Part shown: piece by piece, positions 36,216 to 50,040 of the stretch | How the letters are laid out: the number at the start of each line of letters is the position of its first letter | How positions within the stretch are numbered: the stretch's first letter is position 1 | From: Eubacteriales bacterium | GTDB taxonomy: Bacteria; Bacillota; Clostridia; Oscillospirales; CAG-272 | Direction of reading: 5' to 3' | DNA length: 64,000 nucleotides | Assembly: GCA_045658925.1 (NCBI GenBank) | Contig: JAZOVV010000002.1 | Coordinates: 5,621-69,620 of the forward strand | Translations under genes and position numbers: made by a program | The notes under the pieces: generated by a model | The model's database searches: none | The model's input: only the letters and a program-made list of their open reading frames with translations | Told to the model about the DNA's origin: nothing

Positions 36216-37349
36216 TTAGTTACTGTCATCGGGCAGGTTTTTTGCCTGCTGTGCCATCGATTTGATAATATCGTTCATATCTAAGCCGATATCGTCCAAG
36301 ATGTCCTCGTCATCCTCAGAGAGTTGATCGTCAAGCATCTGTGCAATCTTGGCTTCGGCTTCAAGGTCGCTGTCGTCCTCGGGAATAATATCAGCCTCGA
36401 TCAAGGTCTGACCCATTGCCTCTTCCTTGGCACGGCGGCGTTCCTCGGCACGGCGAGCGCGCTCTTCGGCACGCAAACGCTTCTTTTCGGCAAGCTTTGC
36501 TTCGCGAATGATGCGTCTTTGCTCGCGGTGCATTTCCGCCTTGGAGGAGAGGGGAATAGGCTCGTCTCCGTGAACGGCGGGATTGTATTCTTTTTCTTCC
36601 TCACCCTCGGCGGGGGGCGCATCGTTTACAACAAAGCGCGTATCAACGCCGTGAATAACGGTGTAGGAATCGGGATCTTCATCAATCAAAATTTTGCGAA
36701 CCTTAACAAGCTCCAAAATACCCAAGAAAATGGCGATCATATCATTCAGCGATACGGCGTCGTGCAAGAGCTCCTGCATCGAGGTATCTCTCTTGCGGGA
36801 CATTCTGTGAAGAATACCCACAATTTTCACGTCAACGGGAATAATGGGCTTGGCAACCAAGGGTGCAAAGGTTTGTCTTTCCGCGCGCGGGCGCGATTCG
36901 TTTGCCGCAATGATGCGGCGGACAGCGGCACAAAGCTGCGTCACTTCTTGGTCGGCAACGTAGGTGGTATCCACCGAAATTTCGTCGGTGTCCTTGACCA
37001 TACGGCCGCTATAGGTTTGGTAAAGGGGAATCATTTTTGCCACAGCCTGCTTTGCTTGCTGATAACGCAAGAGGGCTTCGGCAAGGTCGGCACGGGGATC
37101 CTTCTCGTCTTCCTCAACCTTGGGGAGGAGCAAGCGGCTCTTGATGAGCATCAGTTCGCTCGCCATAACGATGAATTCGCCCGCGATCTCCATATCCATA
37201 TCTTGCGCCGCCTTGAGATACTCAAGGTATTGGTCGCAGATGAGCGCGATGGGAATATCGATAATATTCACTTTGTTCTTTTGGATCAGCATCAAAAGCA
37301 GGTCAAGAGGACCTTCAAACTGATCCAATCGGTAGGTGAGTGCTTCCAT
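36216..37349 (-). CDS. scpA: Segregation and condensation protein A (kleisin) with long charged C-terminal extension
   Basis: LDQFEGPLDLLLMLIQKNKVNIIDIPIA N-terminal kleisin motif; 377 aa versus about 250 typical. Confidence 0.9.
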   Translation of the reverse strand: MEALTYRLDQFEGPLDLLLMLIQKNKVNIIDIPIALICDQYLEYLKAAQDMDMEIAGEFIVMASELMLIKSRLLLPKVEEDEKDPRADLAEALLRYQQAKQAVAKMIPLYQTYSGRMVKDTDEISVDTTYVADQEVTQLCAAVRRIIAANESRPRAERQTFAPLVAKPIIPVDVKIVGILHRMSRKRDTSMQELLHDAVSLNDMIAIFLGILELVKVRKILIDEDPDSYTVIHGVDTRFVVNDAPPAEGEEEKEYNPAVHGDEPIPLSSKAEMHREQRRIIREAKLAEKKRLRAEERARRAEERRRAKEEAMGQTLIEADIIPEDDSDLEAEAKIAQMLDDQLSEDDEDILDDIGLDMNDIIKSMAQQAKNLPDDSN

Positions 37350-37387
37350 AAGGTGAGGTAGGATCCTTTCTGTGTTTTGTCGGGGGA

Positions 37388-38107
37388 TTAGACGTTAAAA
37401 CCGAAAATTCTCATGAAAACTTTCCAGAAAAATCCGGCTACTGTATCGGTCAGCTCGTAGGCTATCCAAGAGAAGGGCGAAAATCCCAAGCGAGAGAGTA
37501 ACAGGAGTGCGATGAGCAGACCGAACATAATCTGTCTCTCATATTTCATAATCCCAAAGTAAGCCTTGGGCGGCAAAAATACAAACGCGATGCGCGAGCC
37601 GTCAAAGGGAGGAATGGGAATGAGATTAAATGCCATAAAAATGAGGTTGTACAACGCGGAGAGTTCAAAGAGCAGGCTCGTGTAAGAAAGGCAGGTCATA
37701 GCAAAACCGGAAACGCCCGAGGCTGCAAGGTAGTAGTAAAAAGCCATTGAAAAACCGAGCAAAACCGCACTGATCAGTCCCATAATGGCATTTGCCAGAG
37801 GACCGGCAAGAGCCGAGAGAGCCATCCCGCGCTTGGGGTTGCGGAAGTTACGGGTGTTAATCGGTACGGGCTTTGCCCAACCAAAGCCGAGCAAAAGCAT
37901 ACAGACAAATCCCGTTGGGTCGATGTGCTTCATAGGATTGAGCGTCAAACGCCCGAGATTGTATGCAGTATAGTCACCGCATTTGTATGCCACGTATCCG
38001 TGCGCAGTCTCGTGCAAGGAGAGAGCGAGGAGAATGATGGGCATACTGAACACGAGCGAGATGATAATATCGCGGATATTACCGCCGGAAAGAATATCAA
38101 GTAACAT
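37388..38107 (-). CDS. Site-2 protease family (peptidase M50) membrane protein
   Basis: HExxH in LHETAHGYVAY; multiple TM helices. Confidence 0.85.
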   Translation of the reverse strand: MLLDILSGGNIRDIIISLVFSMPIILLALSLHETAHGYVAYKCGDYTAYNLGRLTLNPMKHIDPTGFVCMLLLGFGWAKPVPINTRNFRNPKRGMALSALAGPLANAIMGLISAVLLGFSMAFYYYLAASGVSGFAMTCLSYTSLLFELSALYNLIFMAFNLIPIPPFDGSRIAFVFLPPKAYFGIMKYERQIMFGLLIALLLLSRLGFSPFSWIAYELTDTVAGFFWKVFMRIFGFNV

Positions 38108-38139
38108 TTCGAAAAACGGTTCTCACTTTCGGGAAAAAA

Positions 38140-38748
38140 TTATAGCTTCAAGCCCGTGTATTCGGCTATCAGCTTCCAAAGATCGGCTCTGCCATCACCC
38201 TTGAGTGCCGAATAGAACACAATGGGTGTATCGGCGGGGATGTCGGGGTGGCTCTTCAGCATCTCCTCGGATTTTCTGCGCTCGGTGGCGTTGAGCTTAT
38301 CCGACTTGGTGGCAACCACCAAGAAGGGGATATCCGCTTCGCGCAAGAAGGAGAGCATCATTTCGTCGTCGGCGGTAGGGCCGATGCGGCTATCTACCAA
38401 CTGAATGACGAGCTTGAGCAGATCGATGTTGGGGTTTTGCGTAAAGTAGCCATCGGTCAAGGCAGACCATTGCGCCTTGTCGGCAGGGGCTCTTTTTGCA
38501 AAGCCGTAGCCGGGCAGGTCAACCAGGAAGAGCGTTTTGTCAACGTCGTAAAAGTTGATGGTGATGGTCTTACCGGGAGAGGAGCTGACACGCGCCAAGG
38601 ACTTGCGGCCGAGCAGGGAATTGATCAGCGAGCTTTTGCCCACGTTCGATCTGCCCGAAAAGGCGATCTGTACCATCGCATCGCGAGGGAATTGCTTGGG
38701 AAGTCCCGCACTGATGCGAAGCTCGGTCTTATTGAGGTTGAGTGCCAT
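38140..38748 (-). CDS. engB: Ribosome biogenesis GTPase YihA/YsxC
   Basis: G1 [13 protein letters not shown]3 DLPGYG, G4 ATKSDK; sits downstream of lon as in Bacillus. Confidence 0.92.
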   Translation of the reverse strand: MALNLNKTELRISAGLPKQFPRDAMVQIAFSGRSNVGKSSLINSLLGRKSLARVSSSPGKTITINFYDVDKTLFLVDLPGYGFAKRAPADKAQWSALTDGYFTQNPNIDLLKLVIQLVDSRIGPTADDEMMLSFLREADIPFLVVATKSDKLNATERRKSEEMLKSHPDIPADTPIVFYSALKGDGRADLWKLIAEYTGLKL

Positions 38749-38775
38749 ATCTTCGTCTCCTCTCTGTGGGATAGC

Positions 38776-41199
<2,424 letters not shown>

Positions 41200-41497
41200 T
41201 CTAAAATCCTTTCAAACGGGTAACAAACGATACTTTTCACTATTTCATCTTATTATAGCACACTCTTTTCAAAATTTCCATAGTTTTTCAAAAAAAAGTT
41301 GCACAATTTTCAATCTTTTTTTCACTTTTTTCGGCAGAAATCCATTTATTTCCAACATCGCAACAAAAGGGCAACAAAAAGTGACCGAGGAAAATGCAAA
41401 AAGCCCTTTACTTGGCGCAAAAAATGTGGTATACTGTAAAGTACGAGAAAATTTTGACCGAGAAGAAAACTTTTCGAGTGAGATTGCGAGGTAAAAA

Positions 41498-42118
41498 ATG
41501 AACGGCAAGAAATTCGATATCGAGAGAGATGGAAAAGAATATTTTATCGGCCTTTCTTGGAGTGATTGGGAAGGCTCCTTTTCACCACGTGTGAAATTTA
41601 CGCTGACTGTGAATGATGAGCTTGTTGAGGAAGGCGTTATGAATTGGCAGCTTTACCATTGGGTATACGGCTTTGAGAGAGACGGACACCAATTCACTTT
41701 AGTTGCTCAAAATTCCATATTTGATTACAAGACCAATGCCGATTCCATTGAGGTTTCTTGTTACGCGGATGGCATTTCTCAAACCGATGGGAGCGATTTG
41801 GATGCGCTTTGCGAGAGGTTGGAGAAGATGCGTTGGTGGCAGAGGTTGTTTGGAATTTTTAACAGCGAAGACCGCAAATATCATCTGCGCGGAGCGTGGA
41901 TTTGCCTTGTTGCTTTTCTCGCATCGGGAACAGTATCATTCTTTCTCAGATTGGGGAAAGGGATAACTCCGTGGGAAGCCTTAAGCGATGCATTTATTAA
42001 CTTGTTGATATATTCTGTCGCAATTTGTATCGGTTGGTCTATCGTGCATAGTAAATGCGGACAGAGGCGAAAATTGATACGGCAATTGAAAGAACATTCA
42101 AAAATCTCCAAAAGGTGA
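41498..42118 (+). CDS. Hypothetical membrane protein (206 aa)
   Basis: ATG with GCGAGGT upstream; soluble N-part plus two hydrophobic helices. I recognise no family. Confidence 0.55.
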   Translation: MNGKKFDIERDGKEYFIGLSWSDWEGSFSPRVKFTLTVNDELVEEGVMNWQLYHWVYGFERDGHQFTLVAQNSIFDYKTNADSIEVSCYADGISQTDGSDLDALCERLEKMRWWQRLFGIFNSEDRKYHLRGAWICLVAFLASGTVSFFLRLGKGITPWEALSDAFINLLIYSVAICIGWSIVHSKCGQRRKLIRQLKEHSKISKR

Positions 42119-42145
42119 CTTACATAACGAATTTTAGGAGGACGT

Positions 42146-44170
<2,025 letters not shown>

Positions 44171-44224
44171 AATCGCTATACGTCCATCAAAATCCACCAA
44201 AATCCACCCAATTTAGGAGTTTTT

Positions 44225-47047
44225 ATGCCCAATCAAATCACCATCCGCGGTGTGCGGGTGCATAACTTGAAAAATATAGACGTCGAAATTCCGCGCGACC
44301 AACTCGTGGTCGTTACGGGTCTTTCGGGCTCGGGTAAATCCTCGCTCGCCTTTGATACCATTTATGCCGAGGGACACCGTCGCTTCGTTGAGTCGCTGTC
44401 CTCTTACGCTCGTATGTTCTTGGGTCAGCTCGATAAGCCCGATATCGACTCTATCGAGGGACTTTCACCCGCCATTTCCATCGACCAAAAAACCACCTCG
44501 CGTAACCCGCGCTCCACGGTGGGAACGGTTACCGAAATATACGATTATCTGCGCTTGCTTTACGCTCGCGTAGGCATTCCGCATTGCCCGATTTGCGGCA
44601 AGGAAATCCGTCAGCAAACCGTCGATCAAATCATCGACCGCATACTGACGTTCCCCGAAGGGGAACGCTTTATGGTGCTCGCCCCCGTTGTCAGAGCGCA
44701 AAAGGGTATGCACGAAAAGGTTTTTGCCGATGCGCGCAAGCGCGGATACGTCCGTGTGCGTGTCAATGGAAATATGTATGACCTTTCCGAGGAAATCAAG
44801 CTTGATAAGAACAAAAAGCACACCATTGATATCGTTGTCGACCGTCTTGTTATGCGCGAGGGAATTGCATCCCGTCTTTCCGATTCAGTAGAGAACGCAC
44901 TCGGCGCGGCGGACGGACACGTAACCATTGTTACCGTTCCGCGAGAGGGAGAGCCCAAAGAGCTTGAATTCTCTCAAAACTATGCCTGCGAAGAGCACGG
45001 TATCTCTTTTGGCGAGCTCGAACCCCGTATGTTTTCCTTTAATAATCCCGCGGGCGCGTGTGCGCACTGCGCAGGACTTGGAGAGATGCAGACCATCGCG
45101 GTCAACCGCATCATTCCCAATAAGAAAATTTCACTTTCGCAAGGTGCAATCGCGGTAAACGGCTTTAAAACATTGGAAGAAGAAAGCTGGAACGGCCCTC
45201 TCTTTGCGGCAGTCGGTCAACGTCACGGCTTTGACCTTGATACCCCTATTGAGAACTTTACCGAGGAGCAGTACCAAATGCTTTTATACGGTACAGGTGA
45301 CGAAAAATACGAGGTTCACCGCTGGTTCGGCAAGGAAGACCACCATCAGCTCGTCAAATTTGACGGCATTGTTCCCATGATTGAAAACCGTATGAAAATG
45401 TACGGTAACGAATATTACGCACAGTTTATCGAAGAGGCTCCTTGCCCCGAATGTCACGGTCAACGACTTTCTCCAACCTCTCTCTCCGTTACGGTAGGAG
45501 GGAAGAACATTCACGAGCTTTGCTCGCTTTCCATCGTTGATGCGCTCAACTTTGTAAACGCGTTGGAGCTGAATGAAACCGAAGCACAGATTGCGGGAGA
45601 AATCCTTAAGGAAATTCGCTCGCGTCTTGGGTTTTTGGTCAGCGTAGGACTCAATTATCTCACTCTTTCCCGCAAAGCGGGGACCCTTTCGGGCGGTGAG
45701 GCACAGCGTATCCGCCTCGCAACGCAAATCGGTTCGGCACTCGTTGGCGTGCTTTACATTCTCGACGAGCCCAGCATCGGTCTGCACCAGCGCGACAATT
45801 CCAAGCTCATTGCCACTCTTAAACGCCTGCGCGATCTCGGCAACACCGTTATCGTAGTCGAGCACGACGAGGAGACGATGGAGAGCGCCGATTACATTCT
45901 CGATATCGGTCCCGGCGCGGGCATTCACGGCGGCGAGGTGGTTGCCGCAGGAACACCCGAGGAGATTATGAAGGATGAAAAATCCATTACAGGTGCGTAT
46001 TTGTCTGGCAAAAAGGCCATCGACATTCCCAAATACCGCCGCGAGGGCAACGGTGCATTCCTGCAAATTAAGGGAGCTCGCCATAACAATTTGAAGAATA
46101 TTGACGTCGACATTCCGCTCGGTAAGTTCGTTTGCGTCACGGGTGTTTCGGGCTCGGGCAAGTCCTCTCTTATCAACGGCATTTTGCATCCCGTTTTGGC
46201 GGACAAGCTCAACCGCGCCATCACATACCCCGGCAAGCACGATGAAATTACCGGTCTCGAACATCTCGATAAGGTTATATGCATCGACCAAAGCCCCATC
46301 GGGCGTATGCCGAGCTCCAACCCCGCAACCTATACGGGACTTTTTACCGATATTCGCTCGCTTTTTGCCCAAACCAAGGATGCAAAAGCGCGCGGTTACG
46401 GCCCCGGACGTTTTTCCTTTAACGTAAAAGGTGGTCGTTGCGAGGCGTGTGAGGGAGACGGTGTGAAAAAGATAGAAATGCACTTCTTGCCCGATGTTTA
46501 CGTCACGTGTGACGTGTGTAAAGGCAAGCGATACAACCGCGACACCCTTGAGGTGCAATATAAAGGAAAGAACATTTTTGAAGTTCTCGATATGACGGTA
46601 GAGGAGGGTGTACGCTTCTTTGACGGTATTCCCTCTATTAGCCGTAAGCTCCAAACGCTCTACGATGTTGGTCTTGGATATATCAAAATAGGTCAGCCTG
46701 CTACTACCATTTCGGGCGGTGAAGCACAGCGTGTCAAGCTTGCAACCGAGCTTTCCAAGCGTGCCACGGGCAGAACGGTCTATATTCTCGACGAACCCAC
46801 CACGGGTTTGCACACTGCCGACGTAGCCAAGCTGCTTGAGGTTCTGCAACGCCTTTGCGATACGGGCAACACCGTTATTGTCATCGAACATAACCTCGAC
46901 GTTATCAAATGTGCCGATTACGTCATCGACCTCGGTCCCGAAGGCGGAGACGGCGGCGGAACGGTAATCGCTACGGGAACACCTGAAGAAATCGCTCAGG
47001 TTGAGCATTCTCATACGGGAAGATATCTCAAAAAGTATTTGCAATAA
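44225..47047 (+). CDS. uvrA: Excinuclease ABC subunit A
   Basis: Two ABC modules ([25 protein letters not shown]; LSGGEAQR twice) and zinc-finger cysteines. Confidence 0.97.
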   Translation: MPNQITIRGVRVHNLKNIDVEIPRDQLVVVTGLSGSGKSSLAFDTIYAEGHRRFVESLSSYARMFLGQLDKPDIDSIEGLSPAISIDQKTTSRNPRSTVGTVTEIYDYLRLLYARVGIPHCPICGKEIRQQTVDQIIDRILTFPEGERFMVLAPVVRAQKGMHEKVFADARKRGYVRVRVNGNMYDLSEEIKLDKNKKHTIDIVVDRLVMREGIASRLSDSVENALGAADGHVTIVTVPREGEPKELEFSQNYACEEHGISFGELEPRMFSFNNPAGACAHCAGLGEMQTIAVNRIIPNKKISLSQGAIAVNGFKTLEEESWNGPLFAAVGQRHGFDLDTPIENFTEEQYQMLLYGTGDEKYEVHRWFGKEDHHQLVKFDGIVPMIENRMKMYGNEYYAQFIEEAPCPECHGQRLSPTSLSVTVGGKNIHELCSLSIVDALNFVNALELNETEAQIAGEILKEIRSRLGFLVSVGLNYLTLSRKAGTLSGGEAQRIRLATQIGSALVGVLYILDEPSIGLHQRDNSKLIATLKRLRDLGNTVIVVEHDEETMESADYILDIGPGAGIHGGEVVAAGTPEEIMKDEKSITGAYLSGKKAIDIPKYRREGNGAFLQIKGARHNNLKNIDVDIPLGKFVCVTGVSGSGKSSLINGILHPVLADKLNRAITYPGKHDEITGLEHLDKVICIDQSPIGRMPSSNPATYTGLFTDIRSLFAQTKDAKARGYGPGRFSFNVKGGRCEACEGDGVKKIEMHFLPDVYVTCDVCKGKRYNRDTLEVQYKGKNIFEVLDMTVEEGVRFFDGIPSISRKLQTLYDVGLGYIKIGQPATTISGGEAQRVKLATELSKRATGRTVYILDEPTTGLHTADVAKLLEVLQRLCDTGNTVIVIEHNLDVIKCADYVIDLGPEGGDGGGTVIATGTPEEIAQVEHSHTGRYLKKYLQ

Positions 47048-47059
47048 CCGCAAAAAGGG

Positions 47060-47100
47060 CGGGGGAGACGTGTTTTTGACGCGTTCTCTCCCGTTTTTTT
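47060..47100 (+). terminator. Terminator after uvrA
   Basis: CGGGGGAGACG pairs with CGTTCTCTCCCG (about 11 bp, one bulge, one G-U), followed by TTTTTTT (47094..47100). Confidence 0.55.
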
Positions 47101-47142
47101 AGAAAAAAATGAAAAAAGCAGGAAAAAAATTTGGAAAACCTC

Positions 47143-47171
47143 TTGACAACAGCACTTTAGCGTGGTAAAAT
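47143..47171 (+). promoter_or_regulatory. Promoter for the amino-acid ABC operon
   Basis: TTGACA (47143..47148), 17 nt, TGg-TAAAAT (47166..47171). Confidence 0.55.
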
Positions 47172-47221
47172 GGTAAAGCGCTAAAACATACGCAAAAAAT
47201 TCCACAAAGGAGATTTCTATT

Positions 47222-48118
47222 ATGAAAAAGATTATTTCTCTCGCACTCGCACTTATTATGATGCTTGGCTGCATCGCAGCATTCGCTTCTTGTCAAAAGC
47301 CTGAAGAAGATAACGGCCTCAATTTCGGTAAAGAGCTTCTTTCTGTCGGCTCTCAGCTCGACGCTCTCAACGGTCTCGTGAAAGGCGATGCAGATATTGC
47401 TGTTATCGACTCTGTTATGGCAGGCTACTATATGAACGGCGTTGACACTTTCAAGGATTATCAAATCCTTCCCGGTGTTATTCTTGCAGAAGAGCAATAC
47501 GGTATTGCCGCAAAGAAGGGCAATGCAGCTCTCATCGGCAAAATCAACGAGGCTATGATTGCTCTCGCTGACACCGAATATAAGAACGTTGCAACTAATT
47601 ACGGTCTTGCAAGCGAAACCCTCGTAACCGCAACCACCGCTAACCCCAATGCAAATGCTACCGACGAATCTTGGAACAACGTTGTTGCCGCAAAGAAATT
47701 GGTCGTTGGCTACACCCTGTTTGCTCCCATCGCATACAAAGACGGTGACGGAGCAGATGCAGAGCTCATTGGCTTTGATATCGACCTTGCAAAGGCAGTT
47801 GTTAACTACCTCAACGCAACATACTCCACAGAAGTAGAAGTTGAATTTATCGTAATTGAATGGAACGAAAAGGAAGCACTGCTTGCAAACGGTACTATTG
47901 ACCTTGTTTGGAACGGTATGACCATTACCGAAGAGCGTTTGGCAGAGATGGAAATTTCTGTACCTTACCTTGCAAACAAGCAAGTAGCAGTTGTTAAAAA
48001 GGCAGATGCATCCAAATACGGTGCTACCAAGGATGAATTTTTTGCAAAGACCGCAGATGCTATCATCATTGCAGAAAAAGGCTCCGCAGGCGAAGAGCTT
48101 GTACAACCCGTTGAGTAA
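47222..48118 (+). CDS. Amino-acid ABC transporter substrate-binding lipoprotein (family 3), circularly permuted
   Basis: Lipobox LGC/FASC. aa 158-295 align to the N-half of E. coli GlnH (KKLVV...GFD.DLA...TIT.ER...PY). aa 36-129 align to the GlnH C-half (..DAV..D......EQYGIA..KG...L..IN.A...). Confidence 0.9.
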   Translation: MKKIISLALALIMMLGCIAAFASCQKPEEDNGLNFGKELLSVGSQLDALNGLVKGDADIAVIDSVMAGYYMNGVDTFKDYQILPGVILAEEQYGIAAKKGNAALIGKINEAMIALADTEYKNVATNYGLASETLVTATTANPNANATDESWNNVVAAKKLVVGYTLFAPIAYKDGDGADAELIGFDIDLAKAVVNYLNATYSTEVEVEFIVIEWNEKEALLANGTIDLVWNGMTITEERLAEMEISVPYLANKQVAVVKKADASKYGATKDEFFAKTADAIIIAEKGSAGEELVQPVE

Positions 48119-48155
48119 TTTCAACCACTAAAACGAAAAAAGGACATTTAATTTT

Positions 48156-48845
48156 ATGAATTTTTGGTCAGTTATCTATGACCTGTGTGAGGGCTTCGGC
48201 ATGACGCTGAAGCTCTTTGCACTTACTTTGGTTATTGCAATTCCGTTAGGACTTTTGTTCTGTTTCTGCTCTATGTCCAAATTCAAGCCGCTTTCGTGGT
48301 TGATGAAGGGCATTATTTGGGTGGTGCGAGGCACACCTCTGCTTTTGCAGTGTGTCATCGTCACTTTTATCCCTTCTGTTCTTCTTAAAATCCCGAACAA
48401 GGATTTTGCCGCAATGCTGAACTTGGATAAAATGGCAGATTTGCAGTTCATTTTTGTACTGTTTGCTTTTTCTGTCAACTATGCTTGCTATTTTGCCGTT
48501 ATTTTTGAAGGCGGAATCAAGAACGTCCCCAAGGGACAACGCGAGGCAGGGCAGGTTCTCGGTATGACCAAGTGGCAGATTTTCTTCCACGTTGTACTTA
48601 TGCAGGTTATCCGCAAGATTATGGCGCCTATGAGTAACGAGGTCATTACACTCGTCAAGGATACCGCTTTGGCAAGAGCGCTCAGTATTACCGAAATTAT
48701 TTTGGTAGCGTACGAAAAGGTAAACAAATATGCAGTTCTGTCTCCGCTCTTCTACGCAGGTGCATTCTACCTTGCTTTCAGCGGCATTTTGACGCTTCTG
48801 TTCCACCTCTTGGAAAAGAAAATCTGCTACTACGAAGTCACATAA
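48156..48845 (+). CDS. Amino-acid ABC transporter permease
   Basis: Polytopic; EAA-type loop EAGQVLGMTKWQIFFHVVLMQVIRKIMAP. Confidence 0.9.
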   Translation: MNFWSVIYDLCEGFGMTLKLFALTLVIAIPLGLLFCFCSMSKFKPLSWLMKGIIWVVRGTPLLLQCVIVTFIPSVLLKIPNKDFAAMLNLDKMADLQFIFVLFAFSVNYACYFAVIFEGGIKNVPKGQREAGQVLGMTKWQIFFHVVLMQVIRKIMAPMSNEVITLVKDTALARALSITEIILVAYEKVNKYAVLSPLFYAGAFYLAFSGILTLLFHLLEKKICYYEVT

Positions 48846-48855
48846 GGAGGCGCGT

Positions 48856-49626
48856 ATGGAAGATAGCAAATATTTAGAAGTGCGCGGCCTTTGTAAGAGC
48901 TTTGGCAACGTTAACGTGCTCAAGGGAGTGGATTTTTCACTCGGGCGCGGCGAAATTTTAACCATTATCGGTTCATCCGGTAGCGGCAAGACGACATTGC
49001 TCCGTTGCTTAAACTTTTTGGAGCTTGCCGATGCAGGTACAATCTCCGTCGCCGGTGAAGAACTCTTTGACGGAGAACGATTCAAGCAGAAGAAAATCAA
49101 AGAGTCGCAGCTGCGTGATAAACGCTTGCGTTTTGGCTTGGTGTTCCAATCCTTCAACCTGTTTCCGCAATACACGGTGCTCAAAAACGTAATGCTCGCC
49201 CCCAAATTGCTCAAAAAGGGAAGCAAGCAAGAGCTTGAAGAAAAGGCAAAACAACTCATTGCCAGCGTAGGACTTTCTGATAAGGTCGATGCCTATCCTT
49301 TCCAACTTTCGGGCGGTCAGCAGCAGCGTGTTTCCATCGCTCGAGCATTGGCACTCGAACCCGACATCCTCTGCTTTGACGAGCCGACCTCAGCGCTCGA
49401 TCCCGAGCTCACGGTTGAGGTTTTGCGCGTTATCAAGGATTTGAAAAAGACGGGTAAAACAATGGTTATCGTTACCCACGAAATGGAATTTGCCCGCAAT
49501 GTTTCCGACCGTGTAATTTACATGCGCGATGGCATTATTGAGGCACAGGGGACTCCCGAGGAAGTCTTTGACAATCCCAAAAACGAGCATCTGCAGCAGT
49601 TTCTCAATAGTGGAAAGGCGATTTAA
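48856..49626 (+). CDS. Amino-acid ABC transporter ATP-binding protein
   Basis: Walker A GSSGSGKTT, signature LSGGQQQRV, Walker B ILCFDEPTSALD. Confidence 0.92.
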   Translation: MEDSKYLEVRGLCKSFGNVNVLKGVDFSLGRGEILTIIGSSGSGKTTLLRCLNFLELADAGTISVAGEELFDGERFKQKKIKESQLRDKRLRFGLVFQSFNLFPQYTVLKNVMLAPKLLKKGSKQELEEKAKQLIASVGLSDKVDAYPFQLSGGQQQRVSIARALALEPDILCFDEPTSALDPELTVEVLRVIKDLKKTGKTMVIVTHEMEFARNVSDRVIYMRDGIIEAQGTPEEVFDNPKNEHLQQFLNSGKAI

Positions 49627-49632
49627 AAGTAA

Positions 49633-49673
49633 AAATGCAAAAAGCTCTTACGTGAGCTTTTTGCATTTTTTTT
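49633..49673 (+). terminator. Terminator after the ABC operon
   Basis: AAATGCAAAAAGCTC/GAGCTTTTTGCATTT stem, loop TTACGT, T-run. Confidence 0.75.
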
Positions 49674-49716
49674 GAAAAAAACACGCAAAAAATATGCAAA
49701 AATTATGAAAAAACTC

Positions 49717-49745
49717 TTGACAAATCAAAAAAACAAGCGTATAAT
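49717..49745 (+). promoter_or_regulatory. Consensus SigA promoter P1 driving the aromatic mini-ORF
   Basis: TTGACA (49717..49722), exactly 17 nt, TATAAT (49740..49745). Confidence 0.6.
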
Positions 49746-49778
49746 GTGACACAACAAATCACAAAAGGAGGCACAGCC

Positions 49779-49853
49779 ATGTTTGCAAGCAAGTTTTATT
49801 ACTTTTATATGTTTCATATGGGCTGCCCGAATTTTGTGAAGGTCGAAAAATAA
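49779..49853 (+). CDS. 24-aa Phe/Tyr-rich mini-ORF MFASKFYYFYMFHMGCPNFVKVEK (candidate leader peptide)
   Basis: GGAGG (49767..49771) lies 7 nt before the ATG. 5 Phe and 3 Tyr; FYYFYMF run. An 8-bp hairpin TCGAAAAA/TTTTTCGA spans the TAA. Confidence 0.5.
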   Translation: MFASKFYYFYMFHMGCPNFVKVEK

Positions 49854-49884
49854 TCAATTTTTTCGAAAACAAAAATACGGACAG

Positions 49885-49937
49885 TCCGCATCTGTTATGC
49901 TTTTTAGCATAAATAGAGTGCGGATTTTTTGTTTTTT
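49885..49937 (+). terminator. Intrinsic terminator downstream of the mini-ORF (candidate attenuator)
   Basis: TCCGCA/TGCGGA, TCT/AGA and TTATGCT/AGCATAA stems (49885..49924), followed by TTTTTTGTTTTTTG. Confidence 0.65.
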
Positions 49938-49970
49938 GTGATGGTTGATATCATTTTTCTTTCAATCTAC

Positions 49971-50000
49971 TTGACAATCGCACGTACACACGTGTATAAT
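49971..50000 (+). promoter_or_regulatory. Second consensus promoter P2 immediately upstream of the aro operon
   Basis: TTGACA (49971..49976), 18 nt, TATAAT (49995..50000). The spacer contains the inverted repeat CACGT-acac-ACGTG (49981..49994). Confidence 0.55.
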
Positions 50001-50040
50001 ATAACTAACTATATCTTATTTTACAATAAGCGAGGATGCT

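Noticed and set aside
41200-41497. CIRCE or CtsR operator upstream of lon; repeated TGACCGAG motifs
   Set aside because: Only a partial CIRCE-like half (TATAGCACACTC) is present, with no inverted partner. There is a single GGTCAAA heptad, and the two TGACCGAG copies are about 73 nt apart, which does not fit the tandem-heptad CtsR layout.
44188-44207. Tandem 10-bp direct repeat CAAAATCCAC x2 in the uvrB-uvrA spacer; LexA (Cheo) boxes near uvrB/uvrA
   Set aside because: The repeat is too short and simple to interpret and is probably slippage. No GAAC-n4-GTTC motif was seen upstream of 41498, 42146 or 44225.
49854-50040. T-box leader upstream of the aro operon
   Set aside because: No T-box consensus (AGGGUGGNACCGCG-like) or specifier-loop architecture was found. 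The region is only about 190 nt and is dominated by one terminator hairpin and a promoter.
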